Shown: positions 51,301 to 62,257 of the stretch, in pieces | Position numbering within the stretch: the first letter of the stretch is position 1 | Layout of the letters: every line of letters starts with the position of its first letter | DNA from: Antedon mediterranea | Lineage: Eukaryota; Animalia; Echinodermata | Length of the DNA: 64,000 nt | Direction: 5' to 3' | Assembly: GCF_964355755.1 (NCBI RefSeq) | Contig: NC_092677.1 | Location: forward strand, 24,477,175 to 24,541,174 | Made by a program: the position numbers and the translations under genes | The notes under the pieces: generated by a model | Told to the model about the DNA's origin: nothing | Seen by the model: the letters and a program-made list of their open reading frames with translations, nothing else | Database searches by the model: none

Positions 51301-52588
51301 AAATAGTATGTTGAAGGAAACTGTTGCAAAGTATCTAGAATCTAAAGAAATTTTCATTGAATTAAGTGGAAATAACCTTTCAGATATTGATACAGATTCA
51401 CTCGGAAAGCTGATAGACTTGTGGAATAGTTTTCAGTTTCAATTATCTTGGAAAGGTGATTACAATCTATCAGCTAACAACTTACAGGCTCTTCTGAATT
51501 CACCCCAGAAGTACCGGTTTTTAGGAAACTTTATTGTTGATTTGAATAATGTAGACTTATCATCAATTAATGGTAGTATACTAGCTATCATTTTTGTTAT
51601 ATTTCCAAATATAACACATCTTTCTATGAATGATTGTAATTTAGTAGGCAGCACTATTTCTGATATGCTAAATACACAAATATCTAGTAGTACGCACGTA
51701 AATGGTATGTTAAAGGAAAATGTTTTAAATCATCTAGAATCTAACAACATTACAATTGAATTAAGCAGAAATGATCTTTCAGATATTGATGCAGACTTAC
51801 TCTGGAAGTTAATAGAAGACCTAATATCATTGACAAATGAACATTATAGTCGTTATGATTTTAGTTTTAATATAATCTGGAAAGATTATAATTTATCAGC
51901 CAAACATTTACATGCTCTTCTAATTTCACCTATGAAATACAGATTTTCTAGATTAGATATTGTTAATTTCGATAATGTAGACTTATCATCAATTAATGAA
52001 AGTATACTAGCTAACATTTTTGTTACTTTTCCATATTTGGTATATCTTGATATGAGAAATTGCCATTTAGTAGGTAGCACTATTGCTTATATGCTAAATA
52101 AATGTCGAGAAATGAATATTGAATTGAGAGAGAATTCAATATCACTAAAAAACAATAACCTTTCTAATATTGATGGCGAATCACTACTTAAATTATTGTG
52201 TGTTATAAGAAACGATGAATACAGATGCTCAGAAACATTAGAATGGAGGAATTATGGTTTGACAGGTGACAATCTTAACGCTATATTACAACGACCTAAT
52301 AATGTTATACTGAAGTGGAAATATGTCGACCTAACGGACATAGATCTAACTTCAATTAGTGGCTTTACACTAGCCAAAATATTTAAATTATTTCCAAACT
52401 TGACTTATATAAGACTGAAAATATTAGACGATATTCAGCGAGATATGTTGAAAGAATGTGGTAAACTCAGAGTTCCATTACGATATATCACAATTGATGT
52501 TTCACTTTCCTCTGAACAGTTCTGTCTTCAACGAGAGCTATTTGAAAAATGGATGCTTAATTTATACAAATTTGAAATTAGTATATAA
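48374..52588 (+). CDS. NLR copy C: 5'-truncated NACHT (Walker B present, Walker A missing), helical domains and an expanded LRR region; open 1404-aa frame
   Basis: LVVLLDGLDEL, VIMTSRP, VEGFS, SPFLLLNMC and YRYPHKLLAEALAG. Homology with copy D starts only at ~48418 (EQV). First ATGs are at 48389 and 48413, in non-homologous sequence. Expression unknown. Confidence 0.85.
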   Translation: MTWGQMEENQRLEMQEQVSLSIFSKNTSLPKDKTIIQTFIERHDKELVVLLDGLDELEYNVVGPKEILEGNELRKGTVIMTSRPGFSIDLLNHCDIYVKVEGFSKYNIKKFIQKYFIFIEKPALGDSLSEEFNLDSIYPSAWGGDHTIIFKLLHSPFLLLNMCTIWQHEEIIPNNFQNFFIELFRCILNQYSNRNSTSKAIPKFDDFPEEFILSIRILGHISYKELQKNLLHFTKLDLGKLVENETLVDLSLKLGFVYKDPPAVQNSFSETYRYPHKLLAEALAGFYLSYKCQFETFDFEESEEIRTNYYLHMTRVFTISFLGPNADKLMKYWSMNNASHYYSFAEYFTYVNQDHEKKVLKSLDGYSTSEELKLVQRLKQSFETFYSITNLHFIQLLKKMLHDQQAVINVNIFIHEHIHEQSTQKSSEDVCRLVAHVSMLLLHDDVTKNALYLLSLINKRGDRAIEILSDEWRRYHFSEQIHFLFLNKDMFSINFNGTCLCRFFQIVPNLQFLEMSRFSDGMVLNEMLTECENMFSKLRKLDLMGNDLTDINGTLLGHIINISNHLKQINLSYCKLNGTHINTMFEKINYLKNITITLENNNLSDIDTDSLVKLINFKTGMQLEWNDYDLSAKHLQALLISHQKYRFLRVDSIDLDNIDLSLINGSILANIFVIFPNMKHLYMIDCNLVGSTISDMLNTQISSSTHVNSMLKETVAKYLESKKIVIYLENNDLSDIDTDSLGKLIDVHLDSRYYWFYLYWKSNYNLSANNLQALLISPQKYRFLRFERVYLNNVDLSSINGSILANIFVIFPNITHIFMNNCNLVGSTISDMLNTQISSSTHVNSMLKETVAKYLEYKEISIELSGNNLSDIDTDSLGKLIDLWNSFEFHYNWKGDYNLSANNSHALLNSPQKYRFLGYFIVDLNNVDLSSINGGILANIFVIFPNITHLLMNNCNLVGSTISDMLNTQISSSTHVNSMLKETVAKYLESKEIFIELSGNNLSDIDTDSLGKLIDLWNSFQFQLSWKGDYNLSANNLQALLNSPQKYRFLGNFIVDLNNVDLSSINGSILAIIFVIFPNITHLSMNDCNLVGSTISDMLNTQISSSTHVNGMLKENVLNHLESNNITIELSRNDLSDIDADLLWKLIEDLISLTNEHYSRYDFSFNIIWKDYNLSAKHLHALLISPMKYRFSRLDIVNFDNVDLSSINESILANIFVTFPYLVYLDMRNCHLVGSTIAYMLNKCREMNIELRENSISLKNNNLSNIDGESLLKLLCVIRNDEYRCSETLEWRNYGLTGDNLNAILQRPNNVILKWKYVDLTDIDLTSISGFTLAKIFKLFPNLTYIRLKILDDIQRDMLKECGKLRVPLRYITIDVSLSSEQFCLQRELFEKWMLNLYKFEISI
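50150..52100 (+). repeat. Five in-frame copies of a ~399-408-bp (133-136 aa) LRR super-repeat
   Basis: ctaaatacacaaatatctagtagtacgc occurs at 50462, 50870, 51269 and 51668. The block LSDID...LSA...KYRF...DLS.IN.SILA.IF..FP..L.M..C.LVGSTI occurs five times. Confidence 0.95.
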
Positions 52589-54189
52589 TTTACAGATACA
52601 AACATACCTCACTGTCCCCAAACCATGTTCTTTAATATAAGTTATGTTGCATAGGCTATGGAGAAATAAAATCGAAGTTATATTTGTATTCTGTGGAAAT
52701 ATAGGTTATTGGCATTAAACGTTATCGTATGGATTTTTTAGGTAAAAAAATTGATAGCAAAATGCTTTGGTATTGTATAAATCCAGAACTTCGTGTTACA
52801 CAAGTTTTCTGTTGGTTGAACCAAACGTTTTTGTTTGAATATTTTTAATTAATACATTTATTATATGGATATTTCATTTCATTTATAATGTTAAATTTCA
52901 AACACTTTTTAAAAGTTAATAAATTGTTCAATTGTATACTTAATCTATCACATGTTTATTTGCGTTAATGTAAAATAATGTAGGCCTAACGTATTTTGAT
53001 TAATATGGTATAATATATTATATATATCCTGATTTTTTTTAAATTATTTTAATTAATTTATTATTTATTTATGTTAGGTGTACAAAATTTCATAATGTTT
53101 CGTTATATTATTATTAATTCTTAATGGGGCACTTTGTAAAAACGTTTTTGGTTGTTGTGGCTCGCCCTGTCCCTCTTTAATGTTTGCTTTTACAATATTA
53201 CTTTGTTTTGGTATTTTAGTGTGATTATTTTTGGTATAATATAATAATAATATTCAGATTTTTTTAATGATTTCTAATTGATTAGTTATTATTTTATATT
53301 ATATGCTCAAACCTTACGTATTTCATAACATTACATTATATTATTAATCTCTTTTTCTCCTTTATATGGCATCATTGTATTCAGCTTTTGCTTTTGCAAT
53401 GTTTCTTTTGTTTTTTCATTCCATGAATTAGAATAAATTAATAGCAATCAGTCAATCACTTAAGGTATACATTTTACCAATTCAGTTAAATGTAATGTAA
53501 TTATCTAATTGTATGTAGGCCTATATCATATTATCAATTTGCATTTAATAAAGTTTAATTGTAAATATTGTAAATATTTGAATGCTACACTTAATTAAAC
53601 AATATTCGCTAAATGGATGTACCGCTAAATATACTGTATATAATAATATCGATTTAGTAAATGTGTATAATAAATAGAGAATTTGTAAACATTTGATATA
53701 GGCCTATTGGTAACAGATTTAGTGATTGTTCAAATGTTGGAAAAGCGAATATACACTAGTAAAGTTAGCGAATGGAAATAAAGTATGGTTGAGAATGTCT
53801 CGATGTTTCGGTTGTGCTACAGACTGTCCTCTGCTTATTCTGCATTGAAACCACCATAAAAGGTTCATTTTTCACATACAAGAAGTAGATTTCATCTGCT
53901 TAAATTCATCTTTTATTTTAGTTATTGTACACGTTTGTTTACAATTTTGCAATACAGGTTACACAATTTGTAGCAAATAGAATTCGGATTACTAATAAAT
54001 ATATTAAATAAATGTTGCTTCTGTCATAGCAATTCCTATACACCAACGGTTGGTCAGAATAACAAACAGTACCGTGTAAGTAAGTAAGTGTTTTGAAACG
54101 AACACTATGCCCATTGAAAGATGGTAGATTTGCATACAAAGATTTTAATAGACTGTATGACCGCAGCAAAAATATAGGAGAAACTTATG

Positions 54190-56050
54190 AGAGATTTGTT
54201 TCTATATAGTGTTCAACGTTATATTTCAACAGCAAAAACTACAGTAAAGGAGCGGATAAAACGAATTTATATAAATCACCATTTTATTTTGGAAGCCTAT
54301 TTCGGTAAAGTAAACTATACAGTCTGTTAGGTTTTACAATGTCTAACCATAGAGATATTATTATAGTTCACTATAATATCTCTATGTTCACTATAATATC
54401 TCTATGGTCTAACTGCTTTAGGGTTTGGATATAATAATATAGAGACCTAAAGAATTATTGTACGACAGTTCCATTGTACTATTATCAATAGAAAGACCTA
54501 TTTAAAAAAAACTTTTCATTAAATTGCATTGAAGCAGAAAGTATGTATATAATACTAGTGTACTGAGGCCTGCCATGGATTAGTATGTACCGTATACTGT
54601 ACAGGCAAATTATAGAATAATTATAGGCTTTTTCCATAAGTATACACGAAAATCGAGTGATATAATAACAGTGTTGCTGTAAAAATACGGCAACAGGCAG
54701 GTCTGATTAATTTAAATTTTCTATTAAAAAGTAAAGTTTTTTTTAATTAAATTAGATTTTTATACAAGGTTTGTATGAGAAAATGCTTAAAATATTGTTA
54801 AGTGAGGTTAAGTTAAACCATTGAAGACCGGTGAATATGTATCAATAGTAAGCAATCGTATAGGCATGTTTTAAGGTCTGCCATTATTAAGTTTTTTGCT
54901 TGCAAATGAATCAATTTTTAATGAGTATAAACCTGATAGTGTGGATTGTATAACGCATAATAGACCACTCCTAACAAAATCAGGAAGTGCATTGCGGGCA
55001 TTATGGTGATGTGCACTGCTCACAGTGGGCCAGACTCGGAATCATGATGTCGTGAGGGGGTTTCCCGATTAATCGTACGATCAAAACGGTACTGAGTATG
55101 ATCAACTAGCGTTCGTGTTCCCACCCAATCATCCATTCATAGAAGTACTGATGAAGATATCAATCTGTGGCGACAATAGAATGGATCCGAGACCTGGCTA
55201 TCTTCGACTTTAAATAATAGAAAGTTTAGAAAAATGTTTTTGTTAGACTAGAAATACGTTGTATGTATATAGAAAAATGGTTGTAGTTTTCAAAATTACG
55301 TTGTATAAGTTGCGATGTGAAAAACTGTTATTTGATCGTTAGTTGTCGTGTACATAAAGCAAAAATATAAATATAATAAAATAAAATAAAAATCGTTAGT
55401 AAAACTTTTAAAAAGAGTAAAGATATATATAGACCATTGAAATCGCGTCAACTTTCGGAATCATTCTGTGAATACATAATTGTAAAAAAACATACAATTT
55501 ACGTAAAGTTTGGGTGGTAGTATGGGATTAGTTTGTAGTTCGTTATTTAGATTATTTTAGTCAGAAATTCAATCAGCTATAGTTATTAATATTAGAAGGA
55601 TTAACATTATTTTGGAATCAGTGAAAATGCAATTCGTGCAATCCCGTTATCAAGATTATGGTTTGAGTTGCTTGACCCTGTAACAAAAATACACTTTGGA
55701 ATTTCTATCAACTATTCTACATTTCTAAAATAGATGTACACAATTTGATAACAATGCATAACAGTGATAAACGCAATCAATATGGCTGTGACTATTATAA
55801 CTAATTTACAAACAGTGGCTATTAAGCGGAATGATACACCTCCAAAACATGCGAAATTATTACAGTTGGTATCTTATACGGATAGGTCGTTCTAATACAA
55901 GGTCATTTCAATTAATTATCTATATTTTAGAAATATTACAAACTAATACTATTTTACGGAATTAACCATAACAACTTCTATTAGAAACAAATCAAGACAA
56001 TTACACAATACATCACACCATATAACTTTCTGTGGCACGGTTAAATCACG
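54190..56050 (+). promoter_or_regulatory. Duplicated NLR 5' module, copy 3 (upstream of copy D)
   Basis: Colinear with 12530-14350. The exon-1 donor context appears degraded (ctattaaaaagtaaag at ~54731). Confidence 0.5.
54348..54406. mobile_element. Palindromic remnant CATAG...CTATG with 7-bp TSD (probable excision footprint)
   Basis: gtctaac CATAGAGATATTAT...ATAATATCTCTATG gtctaac; the paralogous modules at ~12730 and ~14565 lack it. Confidence 0.7.
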
Positions 56051-56380
56051 GAGGATTAAATTAAATTTATTACACTGATAGGTCGTTCTAATACTGTACA
56101 GCATGTCTTCCAATGTCATCAATCAATATCTATATTTTATAAATATTAAAAACTAATACTATTTACAGAATTAACCATAAAAACTTCTATTAGAAACAAA
56201 TCACGAAAATTACGCAATACATTATAACATACAGAGTAACTATATATATATATATATACTGTAACTTTGCGTGGCACAGTTGAATTACAGAGGATTAAAT
56301 TGCTCCATGGTTGAACATGATGGTCATTTATACTGTCATTTGTAAGGTTAACGGGACTAGTAGCAATATGGGTTTCCTAA

Positions 56381-56576
56381 AGGCCAACTCAGACAGCGTC
56401 GTACGACAAGGCCCGACGAGTCGTCTTGTCGGGAAAAATTTAACATGTTTAATGTTCTCGCGACAACCTAAGAATTACGCCCGACGCTATCGCAAAAGAC
56501 GACTCGTCTCGTCGGGATCCAACTCAGACAGCACCGGCGCGTTTCGTCAGGCCTCGTCGTACGTCTGAGTTGGCCT
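56381..56576. mobile_element. PIF/Harbinger-type MITE
   Basis: TIRs aggccaactcagac / gtctgagttggcct flanked by a TAA duplication; 196 bp, non-coding. Confidence 0.85.
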
Positions 56577-56957
56577 TAATTTGTATTTTGTTATAATGAC
56601 CATTGATGAAACATATTTGAATGGAAAGTTCTTACAATGTCAACCTCACAACTTGAATGGTTCAAAAGTGTATACCACTGTATTGGTCTGATGGTCGCTT
56701 AATTGTCACATAACATAAAATGGAGGTGCGCATGTGAGTCACAATCTTGAGAGTGTACCGTACTGATTAAATATGTTGCAGCTGAAAAGTCATCATACAT
56801 GGCACTCTCAGACATTATTTCAAACTGTAATTTATGCATTATGTTCGAATAATTGTTATCGTATATTATATATACTTATATTACGGTAGCATGGTAAGTA
56901 TAAAGATAAAAGCGTAACTATGAAACTACTACTAACACTTTCTTTTACAGTAACATA

Positions 56958-59900
56958 ATGGAGGATAGATTTACAGACTTTCTTCAAGAATTCAGTGATG
57001 CCTATCCTGGGGAAGATGTACAGGAGATTACTTCTACATGATCACCTACCGATTGGTAAATTAGCATGTGACAACTTAGGAATGAATTTATTTACTGAAC
57101 TCAAGCATAAAGGCCTTATCGCATACCATGATGTTAACATTATGTCAGAAATTGCAGAATTGACAGAAAATACTGCTGCAAAAGCCAGTGTAATGAGATA
57201 CAAACAAGACGTTGTTGAATATTATGATGGTTTCGGTCAGTATCGGGCAAGTTTGAAGGAAAGGCGTAAACAACTTTATAAAGCTATGTGTAGTATAACT
57301 GAAAATAAGGGGGGTGATTTTCACAAATTGATTGCGTTCTACGGACTGCGTTCATACGGATTTACAAATAAATGGGATTTAGTATTTTATCTGGAGAAAT
57401 AACTCAAATTAGATACACAGGTGAAGTTGAAGAGATTTGCCAATCAGTTAAATGAAGGTGCAAAAACGATATTACTTAGTACGTATTCAAACCATTGTAT
57501 TGTTGGAGGTAAAGGAACAACTACTACACTGCAAGGTTGGTTTTATACAATATATTTACTAACAATTAACAAGGTCTACGTGTAGTAGTAAATGCATTTA
57601 TTATTTTTTTTCATTATTTAGAAACATCAATGTCAAACCGAATCTACAATAAACCAATTTATACTTGTAAGTATGACATTAGTAAAGTCTTGTAAGAATG
57701 ATATTATTTGTAAAACTGTTATTATTATAATACTGTAAAGTAAACTCTTTAAATTGTATAGATGAGGGGGTCAATTTTATTTCTTTATAACACGAATAAC
57801 TTTCTTTTTATTATTGAACATTATTTAACGACGGTAACCCCAAACAGAGTTGGCTGCATAAGGTCCAATATCAATACAAATAATATGAGTTATTATTATG
57901 ATGCAATTAAAAATTGTTATTAATATTTAAAAATTCCTTTTGCTTCTTTATAGCTCTGATTGTTGCTTTCATCGTTCTTTTATTAAGTATCGGAATCTCA
58001 ATAAAATACTATGGTTTTGACCACAAATTGACAGAGAGCAAGTATATTTTAATAGAATTTGTTATAGTACAGAAATAATAACTACGGCGTACTACATGTC
58101 ATGAATATCTTGTCTATGGTTTTAAAAGAAAGGATTGGGCGTCATTCAAATCAGAAAATTTATATTCTATTTAACATGATTGCACAACAGATGGCCAAAC
58201 AATTTTGAATTATTTTTAATTTCAGATGAAATTATTAGAAACTTTCTGATAGCAGAACAGAAATTCCAATTCAGGAAACCAAACAAACCACCGCCGACGT
58301 GGCAACACAATTATAACATTTCACAGATGTTTACCGATCCAGTGTTACATATTAAGCACAAACACATGAAAGAGGGAACACAAATACCATTAAAAGAACT
58401 TTTAGGTGTTGTCAAATCCATGGATTCATGTAAAGTATGCATGACGGGAAATGGAGGAATTGGTAAGACGACTTTACTTCAGTATATATCTTACAACTGG
58501 GCAACTGATTCAGATTCTACGTTTGCTGGTAAAATATTATTTCATATAAATATAAGAGATATCAAGGCAGGTCAAACAATTACAGATATGATTATAGAGC
58601 AAGTTAGGCTTCCTATTTTGAGTAAACATACCCGACTCCCAAAAAATAAAACAATTATAGAAACGTTTATAGAGAGTAATGACAAAGAATTAGTTGTGCT
58701 GTTGGATGGATTAGATGAGTTAGAATATGGTGTTGTGGGCCCAAAAACGATATTAGAGGGCGACGAACTGAGGGAAAGCACAGTTATTATGACATCACGA
58801 CCGGGTTTTGCTGGAGACTTACTTAATCATTGCAATTTAGATGTTAAAGTAAAAGGGTTTTCTGAAAATAATATCAAGGCATATATTCCAAAATATTTTA
58901 GACTTGTTGGAACACCTGCGCTTGGTGATTCATTGAATGAAGAATTTAAACTTGATTCACAAGATGAAGATGATTGGGGTGGTGATCACAAAATAATATT
59001 TGAACTCTTGGACTCCCCTTTTTTGTTACTTAATATGTGTACTATATGGCAACATGAAGAAAAAATTCCTAACAATTTCCAACATTTTTTTATAGAAATG
59101 TTTCTTTGCATTTTAAATCAGTACCTTAACAGAAATAGTACTTCAAAAGCAATACCAAAATGTGACGACTTTCCGGAAGAATTTAACAATTCCATTCGAA
59201 TAATAGGACATATTAGTTACATAAAACTACAGACAAATTTACTCCATTTTACTAATTTGGAAAACTAGTAAAAAATAAAACTTTAGTTGACTTATCTCTT
59301 AAATTAGGTTTTGTTTACAAAGATAACCCACCTGTTGTTCAAAACGAATTCTCGGAGACTTACCGATATCCACATAAGTTACTGGCAGAGGCCCTAGCAG
59401 GTTTGTACTTGTCTTATAAAAGTAAATTTGAAACATTAGATTTTAAGGAAAGTGATGCAATAAGAACCAATGCGTATCTAGATATGACAAGAGTGTTTAC
59501 AATTAGTTTTCTAGGTCCCAATGCGGACAAAATTATGAAACACTGGTTAGTGAACAATGCTTCTCATTATTATTCATTTTCAAAGTATTTTAAGTTTGTA
59601 AATAAAGAACACGAAAAACAAGTATTAGAATCACTGGATGAACACATGTCCGCAGACATGAAATTACAAGTTGAAAGTTTAAAACAATCATTTATGACGT
59701 TTTTAGGTCACAGCAATTTACATTTCATACAGCTTTTGAAATTATTTCATGAAGAACTGACAAATAATTTAGAAAACAAAGTTATAGTTGAAGTGTGTAC
59801 ATACATACGTGAATCAACTGAAAAATCTTCTGAAGCTATTTGCAGGCTTGTAGCGCACGTCTCAATAATAATACAATTACATCATTATGAAAACCCGGAT

Positions 59901-61185
59901 GTATTAAACAGAGGCGATTCTTATTTACTGTTACTAGTTCACAAATGGGGTAATACAGCTATTGAGATTCTTTCAAACGAATGGTCTCGATACCATTTAA
60001 GTGAACAAATACACTCACTTGCTTTATCTGAGGATGATTGGGTTAACGAATTTTTGGAAACCAACACTACATTTATGCGCGGTTATGTTATTGGTGCACG
60101 TTTGTTGTGCAATTTTTTTCAAATTGTTCCTAACCTTCAATTTCTTTATATGACATCCGGTAGCATTCGATATAAAGGTAAACTTATTAACGAAATGATA
60201 ACCGAATGTAAAAACAGCAAAGTGTTTTTAAAATTAAGAGAATTTAACCTCATGAACAACGATTTAACATGTATCAATGGAACGTTATTAGGTCACATAA
60301 TGAATATTTCTAATCATTTTGCAAGTTTTGATTTAGCTAATTGTAAATTATCTGGTTCACAAATAAAAAGTATGTTTACAAAATATGATATGACTTATTT
60401 AAAGTCCAAAAATATTAAGGTTAGTTTAGATATAAATGATATTTCCGATATTGATATTAATTCACTTATTAGTCGTATTAGAAGGTTATGATAACACGTT
60501 ACGTTGGACTAGTTATGATTTATTAGCCAAACACCTGCACGGACTTCTGATTTTACCTATGAAATACGAATTTTTAAAATGGAAAACTGTTGATTTTAAT
60601 AGTGTAGATCTGTCATCAATTAATGGAAGTATAATTGCAAACATTTTTCTTATATTTCCAAATTTAAAACATCTTTCTATGAATAATTGCAATTTAGCAG
60701 GTACCACTATTACTGATATGCTAAATACATGTCAAGAAATGAATATTAAATTGAAAGAAAATTCAATATCACTAATAAACAATAACCTGTCTAATATTGA
60801 AGGTAAATCACTACTTAAATTACTGTATGTCATGACGTCAAGTAGTTACAAATTCCCATCAACAATAGCATGGAGGCATTATGGTTTAACAGTTGAAAAT
60901 CTTAAAGACATATTACATCGATCTAATAATAATAAAATGTTTAAATGGCGAACTATCGATCTAGCGGGTATTGATTTATCTTCAATTAATGGCTCTACAC
61001 TAGCCAGAATATTTAAATTATTTCCAAACTTGAGTTATATAAGAATGAAACTCTCGAAAGATATTTATCAAGATATGTTGGAGGAATGTGATAAACTTGG
61101 TGTTGTAATAAAATTAAAAATTACAATTGACTTAGTGCAAACAACATTTCCTCCATTACAGTTTTTGGATGATAATGAAATTTAG
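56958..61185 (+). pseudogene. NLR copy D: full DED-DED-linker-TM-NACHT-LRR architecture, disrupted
   Basis: Exons 56951-~57478 (ATG 56958; two DEDs), 57622-57666, 57954-58037 (SLIVAFIVLLLSIGISIKYYGF) and 58226-61185 (Walker A GNGGIGKT, Walker B LVVLLDGLDEL, LRRs). Lesions: frameshift ~57027, TAA at 57400 where copy B has GAA, a 7-nt deletion at ~59260, a frameshift at ~60480 and a GC donor at 58038. Confidence 0.9.
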
Positions 61186-61719
61186 ACTATAAATGTTACA
61201 AATACGACATGTAGTTTATAAAAATTGTATAAACATAAATGGAGAAATATTTTCCCAATTGTATAGAGATTATCGTTGCCAAACTTTTGTGGGTTTTAGT
61301 TGGAAACAAAAGTTTGACCTGTTTCTAATTGAACAATCATGGAATGAGTCAAATGTCATAAATATGTTGTTATATGATACTAGTAATTTTATATTGGTAA
61401 CGTTATATTATTTAAAACAGTATAAGAAACTTATACTGTATAGGATAACGCTGTATAAAAATTTAATGGAATAAACTATTATTTAGAAGAATATTACCAT
61501 TGTTGCTAAATTCATTGAATTTATTGTAGATGTCTGGTAGATTAAGGAATTTAATCGATTTATTAAAATTAAATTTTTTTAAAAACATCGATCTATATTT
61601 TTTTATTAAATTCATTTTGTAAAGATAATTGCTATATCGTATAGTTGTAAATTGTTTTTCTAATTTGCAAATGTAAATTGAAGTACAAACACATATTAGA
61701 ATATCTTGAAGCGTCTTCA

Positions 61720-62257
61720 TAGAAGAGCGGCTCGCATTGTTACCCAAAATTTTGATTTTGTTGACGTGAGGGGTGATGACATAATTTAGGATTTCCTGGA
61801 AAACATTTGAAAGGAGAAGAGATTTTTATCTAGCTAGTCTAATGTATAAATGTATCCACGGCCTTGCGCCAACCAGATTGACAAATGAAATTGAACTAAT
61901 TGGGAATGTACACATCCATTCAACGCGTGGAGTTGATAACTTAAATATTGTTATACCTCATTATACCCGTAGCAAAATGGATTCGTCTTTTAAAGTTGCA
62001 GGCGGAAAACTATGGAATGACTTGCCAGCAGATATAAAACATTCACCCACGATTATGTCCTTTAAAGTATAGATACAGATCTCATTTCTTTTCATAACAT
62101 TTAACTTCCAGTTTATATTTTTGTTGCTATTATTATTAATTGTAATTGTATAAGATTTAAATTTGTATCCACAATGCAAAACAAGTTTATTTCTACTTGA
62201 TTGTGTATAATCCTGTATAAATATGTTGTTAAATAAATAAATAATAAATAAATAAAT
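61720..62257 (+). mobile_element. 3' fragment of a CR1/L2-group LINE
   Basis: MYKCIHGLAP...HSTR...SSFKVAGGKLWNDLP is a typical ORF2 C-terminus; (TAAA/TAA)n tail at 62230-62257. Confidence 0.85.

Noticed and set aside
55057-55066. NF-kB-like site GGGGTTTCCC (and a looser one at 15520)
   Set aside because: Single short motifs that are expected by chance and lie in segments not shared between the paralogous 5' modules.
48400-60707. Minus-strand ORFs within the NLR exons
   Set aside because: Antisense shadows that repeat with the LRR units.
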